Source of the DNA: Azolla caroliniana
Taxonomy: Eukaryota; Plantae; Polypodiophyta
Reading direction: 5' to 3'
Length of the DNA: 64,000 nt
Assembly: GCA_043228905.1 (NCBI GenBank)
Contig: JBHGNT010000008.1
Location: 13,454,001-13,518,000 of the forward strand
The notes beneath the pieces were generated by a model. The model worked only from the letters and a program-made list of their open reading frames with translations, ran no database searches and had not been told where the DNA came from. Positions 36,830-49,760 of this stretch are shown piece after piece (positions within the stretch are counted from its first letter, which is position 1; each line of letters begins with the position of its first letter). Made by a program: the position numbers and the translations under genes.

Positions 36830-39470
36830 ACCACCCAAAACCTGCTTGTTGTATTGTCTCCTCAATAACCCACAAAGCTTCTACCAATGATCATCCCAAC
36901 CACTTGATCAAGTAGTGTCCTTTCCCTCGAAGAACTTATCTCTTTAATATGGCCTCTGGTTCGCATGGCATGTTATTGGTTGCTTGACGACCCTACATTT
37001 CATCAATATGAAAACTCTTTAGTAGGCTGACACGAAAAACATTGTGGATTTAGGAGGTTGCATGCAACTATAATTTGTAGGAGACGTTGTTGATTTGTTT
37101 TGTTATCTTGTATGGGCCAAAGCACCTACGATTAAACTTCAATGTGAGACCCTAAGGTAACGACCAATTAGTTGCACTGATTAATGTAACTAAGTCTCCA
37201 AGGTAAAAATCCATATTTTTACGTTTCTTGTTGACCCAATTAATCATCTAAGACTTTGTCCGAGTCAAATGCACTTGTGTTGCTTTCATTCTCTCCTTCC
37301 ATTTTCTAAAAACTTGGCTAGATCAGGATCTTCTGCCTATGTTTTATTAGTACAGTATGTAACAAGGCAATTGGTGTGACTACTTCTTTACTTGATAGAT
37401 TCAATGGAGAGAAGCCTGTTGCTAAATGGATAGCTGCATTGTTGCAGAACTCAAGCACGTCGACTTGCTCCACCGGATCTGATTGATCTGCCTTAACGTA
37501 ACAATGAATATAATCTTTGATACCCTAATTAAGCCTCCATTGGTTTCAAGATGCGTCGACGTTAACATACGTAGTTGCGTGCCCAACATCCGGAGCAACT
37601 CTTGCCAAAATCCACTCGCAAACCTAAGATCCCTATCAAACATGATGCTTTTCGCTAATCCATGATACTTAAAAATATACTTGAAAAACACCTAAGCTAT
37701 GTCATTGGCTGTCAGAGGTAGCTTCGCAAGTATGAAATAAGCTTGTTTTGAGAAGAAATCCACAACCACCATCAAAGTATTATATCCTTTGGAGGGAGGC
37801 ACATCAATAATAAAGTCCATACTAATTACATCCCATGGGCGAGACAAAATTTGCATTTGTTGCAATAGACCGAATGCTTTGCCTCATCTTGCCTTCATTG
37901 GTTTAGAGACTTTGCATGAGGGTATACACTCAATAATTTCCTTCTCCATTTTAGTCCCCACGAAATACTTTTTAGTGGCCCTTAATGTTTGTTTTTTTCC
38001 TTCATGCCCAACCATGTAGCAATTGTGCACTTCATGCAATATTTTAGCCTTTAGTTGTATATTATTAGGAATCACCACCTTATCCTCACTCCATAATAGC
38101 CCATCATGCAACCTGTCTAAGCCATGAGCAGTTTGTCCACTTCCCACTTCGTGTATTAGTTATCATACTACTACTTCCTTTTCTTGAGCTTGCTAAATCT
38201 CTTCGACCATCCTTAAACCGTGATGACGAAAATGTGATGAATTTGTGGTAGCCTACTCAATGCATCCGGTAGTGTGTGCAACTTCCCTTTCTTATGCACA
38301 ATTTCTATATCAAACTCTACCAACATGTCTTGTCACTACATTTGTTTTGCTGATAGTCTTTGTTGTGATTGAAGGTATTGCAAGGATATGTTATGTTTCA
38401 TTACCTTTGTGAATTGATCTTGCACAACATGTCTCAACTTCTGTAGTGCATATACTATGGTGAGCATTTCTGCTTTCTATTTCTGAAAATGTTTTTGACT
38501 CGTACGCTATTGGATGACCATCTTGCATAAGGACCGCCCCATAAGCATAATCCGATGCATCAGTATGATTTCGAAAGGTCCAATGGAATCAGGTAGTTTC
38601 AACATTGGCTAAGAACACACCGCCTCCTTCAACTGGTCAAAAGCGTGTTGTTCTATTTTGGACCGCTTAAACATTTCTAAGCCTCTCATAAGATTTCTGA
38701 GTGTAGTTGCAATTCCACTAAAAGTTTTAATAAAATTCCCAAGGTACTATACAAAACCAATTAATTGTTGTACTACAATGACTTTGGTGGGTTGTGACTA
38801 TTTCTGAACTATTTCCATCTTTAGCCTGTCCCTTCCTACTCGGAATATGAGAAACTCTTGCTTATCTATGGAATATTCACATTTTTTGGTCTTTGCATAC
38901 AACTAGTGCTCTCATAATCTTTGTACTAGGCAACATGCTGCTTATGCTCTTCCAAAGACTTACTAAACATTAGAAGATTATCAAGATAAACGATAACAAA
39001 TTTATCCAAATAATCTCGAAATATTTCATTCCCAAGTCTAGAAAAGGTTCATGGTGCTCAGGTTAAGCCAACACTCATCACAAGCCACTCAAAACTTTCG
39101 TATCTAGTTCTGAACGTAGTTTTCTCAGTGTCTTCTGTGGCTATTCAAATTTGATGATATCCAGATCGTAAATCAATGTGAGAGAAATATTGGGCTCCTT
39201 GTAACTAATAAGGTAAGTTGGGTAGCAAAGGTAATGGATACTTGCTTTTTATTTTAATCTTATTGAGTGATCTATAATCCATACACATACATAGTGTGTC
39301 GTCTTTCTTGGCCACAAAAATTACGGGTGCACCGTAAGGTGAGTTGCCTGCTCGAATAAACCCACGTACTTCCAACTCCTACAATTGACTTTTGAGTTCT
39401 TCTAATTGAGCAGCACTCATGTGATATGGTGCTTTGGAAAGTGGTATGCTCCGTGGCACAATCTCCAATA
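36830..39470 (-). pseudogene. Heavily degraded Ty3/Gypsy pol (RT-RH-IN)
   Basis: DRDLRFASGFW, LHEVHN..GH, DLRSGYHQI- and TDASDYA-like remnants with many stops. Confidence 0.8.
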
Positions 39471-39609
39471 GAATTTATTTTTTATTTGTATCCTCCAAAC
39501 AAATCTTAACATATTTTGGATTATCGGGACATGACAAATTTTCTCTTATCAAATGGTATAGGTTGTACCCCTTTTCAAAGCTGCAATGATAGGTTCTTCC
39601 ACATGGTGT

Positions 39610-40392
39610 TGTTAGGAACTCCCCCATATCCATTGGTTGCTTCCATGATGTGACATTTGTAGGGAAAAACATCAGTTGATAACATCACACTCAAATGCTT
39701 CCACATGGCTAGGAGCATCATCAAGGATTAGAAGCACTCTATGATCAATTTGAGAATAAACAAAAGGTACAAACTATTGGGAAAACAGGTTCCTCTAGAT
39801 GGGAAGATTATGAACCAAATCGGATTGAGAGTCGACAGGAAATTCGATCGAGGCCAAAAATCCAATGACCGAAAATCGACAAATCGAATAATCAATTTAA
39901 TAGCCGATTCGGGAGGCTATATTTGTAAATAAGCCTTAATGTGCCCATGTGGGCTATGTTTGTAAATAGCCTAGAAAGTTGTATTAGTATAAATACAACT
40001 AGGGCAAACTTTATGTGTGTGAATCATTAGAGTAGTTGATTATTATTTGTGTAGTTATAGAAGGTAGTTTCCTTTGTAACTGAGTGAGTGATAGTAGGAG
40101 AGTGAGAACAGAGTTGTAACTCTGTAGCCGTCTGTTGACGAAGAAGAACTCAAGGTCGCTGCCTGCGAGTTTCTTATTGTATATTTCTCCTACTGTATAG
40201 TGATTTGTTCAGAGTTTGTGGACTCCAGGTGGTTTTTCCCATTCGGGTTTTCCACATTAAAACATCTTGTGTCCTTGTCTTCTCTCGTTTTCTGTACTTT
40301 TGTTTTCTTGTTTGTTCAAGCACTATCTTTCACGTTGTTTGCACCTGTATTCGTATACGAGAAACCAGTTGTGGCCGGTTACTATCCTAACA
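39610..40392 (+). mobile_element. Probable Copia-type solo LTR
   Basis: TGTTAGG...CCTAACA inverted termini, TATAAATA, GTGGTTTTTCCC..GGGTTTTCCAC motif; no clear TSD. Confidence 0.55.
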
Positions 40393-43300
40393 ACACAAAC
40401 AATTTATTAAAGTTAATGATATCAATCCAAGCATTCATTCGTGCAAAATAAGGTAATGACCAAGCATTTTCAACCATTAAAGTTGGTTCCTTAGCCTTTC
40501 TAATATTTGTAATATGAGCTTTTTCAATTACAGAGGCCTTACAACAAACAACTAAGGAAACTCTATCTGGAAATCAATATTGAAACTTTGCAATAAACTT
40601 TGGAGTAATAACTTGTTGAATCCAATATTGAAATGCAGTTGGTAAAACATTTCGTAAACTAGACAAAATATGTCTACGTAACTTCAGAGAATATTGGAAA
40701 AAATTTAAGTTATTATGAGTAAATGGGTTTGTACATAAATAGTCAAGTGGATCTCATGCTAGTCGGAACAAAGGTTATTTACTAAACACGCACAACTGTT
40801 GGGCTTTTTTTTTAAGAGTAGACCAAGTAGAAGAAGCACGCATGAGAAGCCCTAAGGACAACAAGACAAAGCAAAGGGAAAATGAAGGTTGGAAGTGCTT
40901 TCTCTATCGATGTTCTCAAGTTTAGAAGAAGCTGAATGATGATCCCTAAGTACTATGTACCACCACTTATATGAGCGAATCTAATATGTGGTAACATAGG
41001 GAAAAAACTCTAGCCAACTCTTGAGTAAAAAGTGGCCATGTATAGGGAAAGAGTTCACATCAAAGCTACCTTAGAGAATGTTGATATATTTCAATAGTGA
41101 TGTGTGTGAACACACTTAGGACTACAAGGGCATTTTTTTCCTCTTTAGGAGGTTCTTTCCCCCTCTATAAATACTCTCACAACCCTAAAATGGGGTAGTT
41201 TTGTCATTCAAAACAAGACATCAATTAGCTCTAGAGATGTTTACGACACTTTGTTGCCTCTTTTTACAAGTGGACAGTTAAGTGTTGGCCCACTTCAGGC
41301 ACCTTCTCAGCCTTTAGAAGCTACTCATAATGATGCAAACTTACAGGATGCACTTACTGATGAGAGGATTGTTAAGAATTTGTCCCTCCAGTGCGAGGAG
41401 CCGAGTTCTCAGAGAGAGTCGACGATCGAAGACAGGGAGCAGCTGATTGGTCAGATGAGATCCGATAATCAAGGAGTCGACTTTGAGAGACTTGACATGG
41501 AGACTTGACAAGATATGATCGAGGTCGAAGTCACGACCGGCTAGTCAGGCTGACCGGATGGTCGAAGACTAGGCCGACTAATCGGACCGACCCGATAGTT
41601 GATGAATGAGTCAGTTGATTAGTAAGACTATTATTATTATTAGATAATAATAATGACCATTATGGTAAATAGCCCATTCTATGTATTAGTATAAATACAC
41701 CTAGGGCAAACATGAGATGTAGAACAAAACATAATAGCGTGTGATAACAAGAGAGGATGAGGAAAAGAGCGGTGCCATAGCTAACTAAGCTTGGATGTCA
41801 AGAGCCCTCTGCGGCTGATACACTCAATTTCAGAGTTTTGTATTGTGTGATCTCACCTTGTACTTCTCTCTATATAGTGGAATATCTATTCCCGTGGTTT
41901 TTCCCCATTTAGGGTTTCCACGCAAATCACTATGTATTGTGCATTTGTTGTTTTCACGTGTGTTGTGTATTTCCGAGTTAGTCTTTCTCATAGATTTGAG
42001 GATTGATTCTCAACAAACTGGTATCAAAGCTTGAGATGCAAGCATGGAAGGAGGTGTGAGCGGCTTTCTAGGTATGATAATTCTGAACTCTCAGAACTAT
42101 GTTAACTGGAAGATAAAGATGGAGGACCTTCTCATAGTCAAAGACCTCTACGAGCCAATTGATGGAGCAGAAATATCCATGGAGGTATTAGAGTCAGAAT
42201 TGAAACTTCTTAACAGAAAGGCAGTGGCCATCATCCGACATTGCGTCGATATAAGTCCCTATCCTTTAGCAAGTGGCGAATGACACGAATGCCCACGATA
42301 TGTGGCAGAAGCTGTCAGGTCTATATGTCAAGAGGAAGAACGCCCTCAATAAAACATCCTCGATGAGAAAGATTGTACAATTGAAATACAGAGATGGTGA
42401 GAGCATCATTGAACACATCAGCACATTGATGGGGTATGTGAACCAACTTGCCGCAACCAAGTTCCCCCTTGAGGATCCAATGTAGGCCATCCTGCTGCTC
42501 TGTACTTTTCTTGACAATTGGGAGAACCTGGTGGTGACTCTCAACACCTCGTGTCCAGAAGAGAACTTTTCTCTACAAGTGGTAAAGACAAGCATCTTGA
42601 ATGAAGAGACAAGAATGAAGGACAAGGGTGTCCTCGTCCAATCAGAGTCAAACTTGACTCAACAAACTGATAGAGGAGGGAACCGATAAAGGAGTCCACC
42701 AAGGAGGGACAAATCCCATGTTAGATTGAAGTCCAGAGGTAAGCTCGTGGCCTTTTATTGTGGAAATCCTAGACACTTCAAGAAGGATTGCTGACATCTT
42801 AAGAAGGAAAAGAATTTCAGTAATAATGTCGAACCCAGGACGATTCCTGAAGAAAAGAATACTTCCGCCATTGCTACGAGCAATGAAGAACAAAAGTTCT
42901 GAATACACAGTACCAAAGATCATTGAGTTGAATAGGATTCCATAGAGGATGAATCGAACAATCATGGAGAGAGTAAGGAGCATGTTGTCGCATGCGAAAC
43001 TGGCCTGAGGCGATGTATACAGTTGTTTAGCTGATCAATAGGTCTACCTTAGTGCCATTCTAGGGTGATGTCCCACAGAGGGTGTGGATAGGTAAGGATG
43101 TCTCGTATCAACACCTGAGGGTGTTTGGATGTTTAGGATCAAAGGTCAAAGCTCGACAATAAGTCGAAGCCATGCATATTCATGGGATACTCGGAAGACG
43201 AGTTTGGCTACAGGTTATGGGACTTAGTCGACAAGAAGGTAGTGAGAAATCGGGATGTAGTCTTCTTGGAGGACAAGACGATAGATGATTGGAAGCAATA

Positions 43301-43890
43301 GAAGTAAGAATCTACTTCCAAGTTAACCCCGACTACCATCGACTTAAGGCCAAGGGAACTGACACAATCGGCTAATTGGAGATAGACAGCCGACACAACC
43401 GAATCCGAGTTGGTGGACTTGGAGCAACTGACAAATAGGGATGTATTATAGATCATAGCACTAATGTAAGCTTAAGATAAGGATAAGGATAAAGAATTGA
43501 AAGATAGAAAGGAGAAAGAGAAAGAAGGGTGCCGATCCACCCGACCACCCCCGAGCGAAGGGATCGAGACGGACTCGAGCCTCGATCGGCGTCCCATACC
43601 ACCGCCGTGGCGTCGAGTCGTACCTGGTGCTGGCGCGCTCGCTACAAGAGTTGACCCACCACACGAGCAGAGTCTCGATGTAGTCAAAAGATCCTCAAAT
43701 GAGGGTAGCTAGGCCTCTTATTTATAGCGATACCCAAGGCCCGAAGGCAAGTTCACACTTGACCTAATGGGTTGTCTCAATCCCGAGGATTAAAAGTAAT
43801 CCTCCCCTTCTTTACACTCTCATTTAACCCTCACACTTATCCACGTGTATAGATTACTACGGTAAATTCTTACCACGGGATATTATATGG

Positions 43891-46800
43891 TCATGCTCGT
43901 AACATACTCCCCCTCTTTAAAACATTGCACTCTTGCAATGGAAAGTTAGGGAAGTTAGTTCTAAGAGTAGTTTCGCGTTCCCATGTGGCATCTTTTATTG
44001 ATTTATCCAGCCATTTTATTTTAAATTCTCGGATTTCTTTAGTACGTAATTTTTTTGTTTTAACATCGAGAATTCTTTCTGGTAGATGTGGTTTAGAAGA
44101 TAATTCTTCAGAAGTAACCAGAGTTTCAGTCGTAACTGTATTGTCGCCAGAACCTAGAAGTTCTTTTAGACGACTCACATGAAAGACTGGATGAATTCCG
44201 ACACCATCGGGAAGAGCGAGACGATAGGCTGATGACCCAATGCGTTTGAGGACTGTAAAAGGTCCACAAAACCGTGGGGCTAACTTAGCGCACTTACCCG
44301 TAGACAATGTCTTGGAATTGTGAGGTACACGTAAAAATACCTTCTGTCCAGGGTTGAATACACGAGGTTGCCTATGATGATCGGCATAAAAACGCGCTCT
44401 ATCTTGAGCTGTTTTTATATTATCTCGTGCAATATGCAACATATCTTGCATATCCCGAAGGAAGTTTTGCGTACTTCGCAACTCATCATGATGTATAGTA
44501 ACATCAATCGGGGCTCGTGGCTGAAAACCATACATCAACATAAAAGGACTATATCCCGTCGACGTATGCTTGGAGCTGTTATAAGCAAACTCCAAAATTG
44601 GGAGATAACGTTCCCATTTTGTTGGTTTTGCACCAACGTATGCTCGAAGCATGTCCTCAATAATTTGATTTACTCGTTCTGTCTGTCCATCGGATTGAGG
44701 ATGATCCGTGGAGCTCATGCTCAACGTAGTTTCTAACTTCTTAAAGACTTGTGTCCAGAAGTCACTAGTAAACTTTGGATCTCGATCACTCACGATATCC
44801 ATCGGTAACCCATAAAAACGAAACAATTCGTCAACGAATTGGTAAGCCAATTCAGGAGCTGTTACCGTGGTTTTAGTAGCAATAAATCTGGCCATTTTAG
44901 TTAGTCGATCAACGACAACCCAGATGGCATCATGACCTTTTTGGGTGCGAGGAAGGCTAACAATAAAATCCATGGATATACTTTCCCACTTATTATTGGG
45001 AATGTCCAAGGGATGTAAAAGTCCTGCGGCTTTAAGTCGCTCGACTTTGTTAACCTGACACTGGTGACATTTAGTCACATAGCTATGTATGTCAGGACGC
45101 ATCTTAGGCCAATAAAATTGAGTGGAGATGAGAACGAGTGTACGATGTATTCCAGGGTGCCCTGCTGAGGGTGCATCAGGGCATTCAAAAAGAATCCTCT
45201 TTTTGACCTCGGGTAAATCTGGAACACAAACCTTCCCATTACGGTAGAGCAAACCGTTAGCAATGTGGAAGTATTCCTTCGAGGATGTGGTGGTGTCTGT
45301 TCCAGACTCAACTCTTGCCCAGTATTTTGCGAAATAACTGTCATCAGGATACTTTCCTCGAAGGTGATCATAAAGATCTGATGATATTTCAGTGAAGCTA
45401 AGCGTGTTAACTTCACGGATGCGACTTAGTGCATCAGCGACAATGTTCATGGAACCTTTACGATATCGTATGGAAAAATCAAAGTCCTGGATGAGATCAG
45501 CCCATCGTGCCTTACGACCTTTCAGGTCTTGTTGGTCACAAAAATATTTCAAGGACTCGTGGTCCGTAGTTACCACAAAGTGATTTCCATAAAGATAATG
45601 GCGCCATGTTTTGAGCGCATGTATAACTGCAAATAATTCCTTTTCTTGAACGGTATACCGACATTGAGCAGAATCAAGTTTCTTACTCTCGAATGCTATT
45701 GGTTTACCATCTTGATACAAGACAGCACCTATAGCATAATCGCTTGCATCGGTTTCAACCTCAAAAGGTTTTGAAGGATCGGGTAAAAGAAGTGAAGGAG
45801 CCTTGCAAACCAGGTCCTTGAGTTCCTTAAAGGCAAGGTCTAGTGTAGCATTCCACACAATAGGTTTTGTAGACTTACGCGTTTGACCTTTTAAAAGATC
45901 AGTAAACGGCGTCGTCAATTGGGAGTAATTACGAAGAGACTTTCGCAAAAACCCCACAAAACCAAGGAATGATCGAACTTCTCGAATATTCCGAAGAGTG
46001 GGCCAAAGCTTGATTTTCTCAATGCGAGAAGGATCAATTTCAACTCCTCGTTCGGTTATGAGATGTCCTAGATAAGTAATTGATTTCTTGAAGAACTCAC
46101 ATTTTGAGATCTTCGCATAAAACTGTTTGTCACGCAATGTTTGTAAAACAAAGCGGACATGTCTAGCATGTTCTTGTAATGTACGGCTATAAACTAAAAT
46201 ATCATCCAAGAAAATAACGACAAATTTTCCAAGTTGTTCTCGGAAAATGTCATTCATTTCTTGTTGAAAAGTAGCCGGAGCATTGGTCAAACCAAAAGGC
46301 ATAACCAAAAACTCGTAATGGCCATAGCGCGTACGAAATGCCGTTTTAGGAACATCGTCCTCACTTATTCGTATTTGATGGTAGCCAGTACGGAGATCAA
46401 GTTTCGTAAAATACCGAGCTCCCTGGAGACGGTCAATTAGATCGTCAGCCCGGGGCAATGGATACGAATTCTTGATCGTCACTTTATTCAAGCGTCGGTA
46501 ATTAATACACATACGCCATGTGCCCTCTTTCTTTTTAACCAAGAGAACTGGTGCACCCCATGGAGATTTACTATAACGTATATAACCCATTCGTAAATAG
46601 TCCTTGAGTTGCTTAGATACCTCATCTTCTTCGGATCGACTTAAGCGATACGGAGGTATACTTATTGGTGCAACACCAGGTACAATATCTATACGATGAT
46701 CTATATTACGTTTAGGAGGTAACCCATCAGGTAGTTCACTTGGAAAAACATCATGAAAATCATTTAAGATTTCATCAAGTTGTTGTTGTTCAAAATATGT

Positions 46801-48324
46801 TAATTGAATCGGGACATTATCGATATTGTAAACGTGAATGTCCGGATCAAGTACACAATAAAATAACGTAGAACAAGACAACTCAGATATTGATGGACAC
46901 GAGGAAACAATCGAGAGGGATTGTTTTTTTACACATTGAATAAAATGCGTACAATCGTTCAGTACAAAAGAAATGGAATGACGAACCCAATCAATAAATA
47001 AAGAAGAGTTTTTATTATAAAACCAGGGATAACCCAGTATTACATCGGTGGTACAAAGATTCATTACATGGAAGTCTACTTCCTCTATATAAGTATCAAT
47101 AGAAATTCCTAATGAATGAATCGCCCCATTGATGTATTGTACTCTTCCATCAGCCAAGTGCACCGTGTAGGTGTGATCACTTACGGTGGGTTGGATTCCC
47201 CATATCTGAACCAAACGATCATTCACAAAATTGTGTGAGCTTCCCGAATCAAATAAAAATTGTACGGGAGATCCATTGATATACCCGTTTGCACGTAGTA
47301 AATCATTGGGACCCAATACATAGTGAGGGAAAGAACATTGACAATTACTTAAATGATGTGTATAGACCTGAAGGACATTAGGAATCTGACCTTTATGGTC
47401 TGCAGCTTTAGCTTTGTTGTCGTGCTCTTTCCGTTGGAGCTTTCGACATTGATCTTTTGTATGACCCTTCTTTTTGCAGAATACACAAAAAGGATGTTGT
47501 CGCTTACAATCGCGATCCAGGAATTCGTTGGGTGTCTTGCGTTTCCCAACAAATTGCGACTGCTTAGTCCCGGGCGCTTCGTTGGGTTTGTTATGGTCCT
47601 TCTTCGAAGTGCGTTGATAGCGAAGAACTATTTCAACGGCCTCTTCGAAGGATTTTGGATCCTTATCGTGCACTATCCAGTGATAGTCCGAATTGGGGAT
47701 GCCATTGACAAAACAAGCTATCAACCAATTGTCCCCTTCTAGACCCGATTTTTGGATTTGGGTTCTAGCATGGTGAACATAGTCTTCTAGCGAGGAAAAT
47801 TTCCTGCTAGAGAGGTTCATTAAAGCTTGTGCTGCCTCGGTTCGAGAGGGAGGTTGCAGAAATTGGCCCTTAAAAACCGTGACAAAATCTGTCCAGGTAT
47901 CGGGCAATTTCCCCATAGTACGGAGGCCACGCCACCAGGCGGCGGCCTTACCCCCGAGTTCTCGGCCGACATATGCAATCTTCGTACTATCTGGCGTGGG
48001 ATAGAGCTCAAAATGAGACTCCCATCGTCCCAGCCATGTGCAGATTGCTTCTTCGGTTCTTTCCTTTTTGTCTCCCGTAAATGGCTTAACGACAAATGAT
48101 GGTTCACCTTGTCGCTCATCAGGTCTATTAGTCTCACGTTGTAGACTAATGACACGTGCCTCAAGAGCACTCTGAGATTGCCGAAGTTCGGTCATCTGTT
48201 GAGCGGTGAAACTAAGGAATTGGGTTATTTGTGCCAAATACATCTCAGTGGACATTTGTCCAGGAGGATTCCCTTGAGTTCCTTCCGCTTGAGCGGATGA
48301 CATCGGGTCGTTATTTTGAGCCAT
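43891..48324 (-). CDS. Gag-pol polyprotein, 1477 aa (gag, CCHC, PR, RT, RNase H, IN, chromodomain)
   Basis: [69 protein letters not shown]. Confidence 0.96.
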   Translation of the reverse strand: MAQNNDPMSSAQAEGTQGNPPGQMSTEMYLAQITQFLSFTAQQMTELRQSQSALEARVISLQRETNRPDERQGEPSFVVKPFTGDKKERTEEAICTWLGRWESHFELYPTPDSTKIAYVGRELGGKAAAWWRGLRTMGKLPDTWTDFVTVFKGQFLQPPSRTEAAQALMNLSSRKFSSLEDYVHHARTQIQKSGLEGDNWLIACFVNGIPNSDYHWIVHDKDPKSFEEAVEIVLRYQRTSKKDHNKPNEAPGTKQSQFVGKRKTPNEFLDRDCKRQHPFCVFCKKKGHTKDQCRKLQRKEHDNKAKAADHKGQIPNVLQVYTHHLSNCQCSFPHYVLGPNDLLRANGYINGSPVQFLFDSGSSHNFVNDRLVQIWGIQPTVSDHTYTVHLADGRVQYINGAIHSLGISIDTYIEEVDFHVMNLCTTDVILGYPWFYNKNSSLFIDWVRHSISFVLNDCTHFIQCVKKQSLSIVSSCPSISELSCSTLFYCVLDPDIHVYNIDNVPIQLTYFEQQQLDEILNDFHDVFPSELPDGLPPKRNIDHRIDIVPGVAPISIPPYRLSRSEEDEVSKQLKDYLRMGYIRYSKSPWGAPVLLVKKKEGTWRMCINYRRLNKVTIKNSYPLPRADDLIDRLQGARYFTKLDLRTGYHQIRISEDDVPKTAFRTRYGHYEFLVMPFGLTNAPATFQQEMNDIFREQLGKFVVIFLDDILVYSRTLQEHARHVRFVLQTLRDKQFYAKISKCEFFKKSITYLGHLITERGVEIDPSRIEKIKLWPTLRNIREVRSFLGFVGFLRKSLRNYSQLTTPFTDLLKGQTRKSTKPIVWNATLDLAFKELKDLVCKAPSLLLPDPSKPFEVETDASDYAIGAVLYQDGKPIAFESKKLDSAQCRYTVQEKELFAVIHALKTWRHYLYGNHFVVTTDHESLKYFCDQQDLKGRKARWADLIQDFDFSIRYRKGSMNIVADALSRIREVNTLSFTEISSDLYDHLRGKYPDDSYFAKYWARVESGTDTTTSSKEYFHIANGLLYRNGKVCVPDLPEVKKRILFECPDAPSAGHPGIHRTLVLISTQFYWPKMRPDIHSYVTKCHQCQVNKVERLKAAGLLHPLDIPNNKWESISMDFIVSLPRTQKGHDAIWVVVDRLTKMARFIATKTTVTAPELAYQFVDELFRFYGLPMDIVSDRDPKFTSDFWTQVFKKLETTLSMSSTDHPQSDGQTERVNQIIEDMLRAYVGAKPTKWERYLPILEFAYNSSKHTSTGYSPFMLMYGFQPRAPIDVTIHHDELRSTQNFLRDMQDMLHIARDNIKTAQDRARFYADHHRQPRVFNPGQKVFLRVPHNSKTLSTGKCAKLAPRFCGPFTVLKRIGSSAYRLALPDGVGIHPVFHVSRLKELLGSGDNTVTTETLVTSEELSSKPHLPERILDVKTKKLRTKEIREFKIKWLDKSIKDATWERETTLRTNFPNFPLQECNVLKRGSMLRA

Positions 48325-49489
48325 TAAAGATTATTTCTGGAAAAGAAATAGGATAAGGTCAGAGATATAGTCATAACATCATGTCGTGATGTAAACATAT
48401 CATGGGCGAGCATTAATCGATATCATTATCTCACGTCAATACCCCTCTAGACGTATGAGATGAGGTTCAAGATCAGGTTACTATGGTAACACAAAGGTGT
48501 TTTAAAAACCATGGGGGTGACAAATAAATGTCTTTCCCTGATCTCTATATCGATTTTTTCATGGTGGCTCCCCAAGGCTCAACCATGTATGTTCGCGTCA
48601 TGAATAGTTTATACACGAAAAAAATGTTAACAATAAACTATGTTTCGGTGCCCACATAAGTGGTTTCGGCTCTTTAAGTCCTATTACGAGGACCCCGAGG
48701 TGCACTTAGACCTTAAGTCTAAACATGTGTTATAGTCATATGTATCAAGGATGTTGTATGGTCTTGGTCATATTTGAACTCGAGACCTCGAGAACAAATA
48801 CATTAAACACTTGAGCCAACCAAGTAAGTTGGTCTTCTCGAATGTTTAATGTTTGATGCGTATAAGAGATATGCGAGGCAATTGATCATATATGTTTTTT
48901 TAAAAGAACATATATGTCAAGGGTCCTTATTTCCCCCTCATTTACCAAAACTATGTTGGTACGTTACCTAACCGCAAGTCTCGTAATTACGATGGCATAC
49001 GCCAAAGTGCAACCTAATGGTGAAGCCAAATGAGCCCTTGTTTCGTAGTAGGCTCACGTGGGCCATCACATGGTCACGTCATTACGAATGCCTCTCGTAA
49101 GAACGAGCTCATGGTGGCATCGTATCCATGTAACGAGGGAGGGATGTTGGATACGCGCGTCATTGGAGCGACCTCACTTGAAGTGGGTCAAGCCCTACGT
49201 ACTCAACATCATTTTGGCTATTGGCGTTTCTTTACGTAACGAAATCGAGGTCGTCAACGGGGTTATCAACAACAAAAAAATGTTGAAAAAGGGATGGTGA
49301 CAACGCCATTCTCACAAAAATGTGAGGACGGCCACCAACATCCTTTTCCCGATCATGACAACTTTCGATATAATCACGTAATAACGAATATACACATATG
49401 TTTACTTATCACATATATACGATCAAATACGTATATATGTGACCACATATGCCTATATTCAACATATCGTTATAGAAAATAGCCACAAA

Positions 49490-49760
49490 TGATGTGATCG
49501 AGATACGTAATCGAGGTATATACCTCTACGCACACGAAACATCCACAAATAAGAGATCATCGTAATACGCAATGGAGGTATTGACCTCTTACGCATACGA
49601 GACCAAACGCATATCGTTTACAACAAATCAAGGTATTAAACTCATACGCAAACGTAACATATGTTCGTGAACGTAATACGTAATTGAGGTATTAACCTCG
49701 TACGCATACGACACTCATCACATATTATTAACATGTCAAACGAGGTATTGACCTCGTGCA
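49490..49760. repeat. Imperfect ~55-65-bp repeats with GAGGTATT(G/A)ACCTC mini-hairpin in Gypsy 5' leader
   Basis: Motif near 49514, 49575, 49631, 49686, 49742. Confidence 0.6.
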
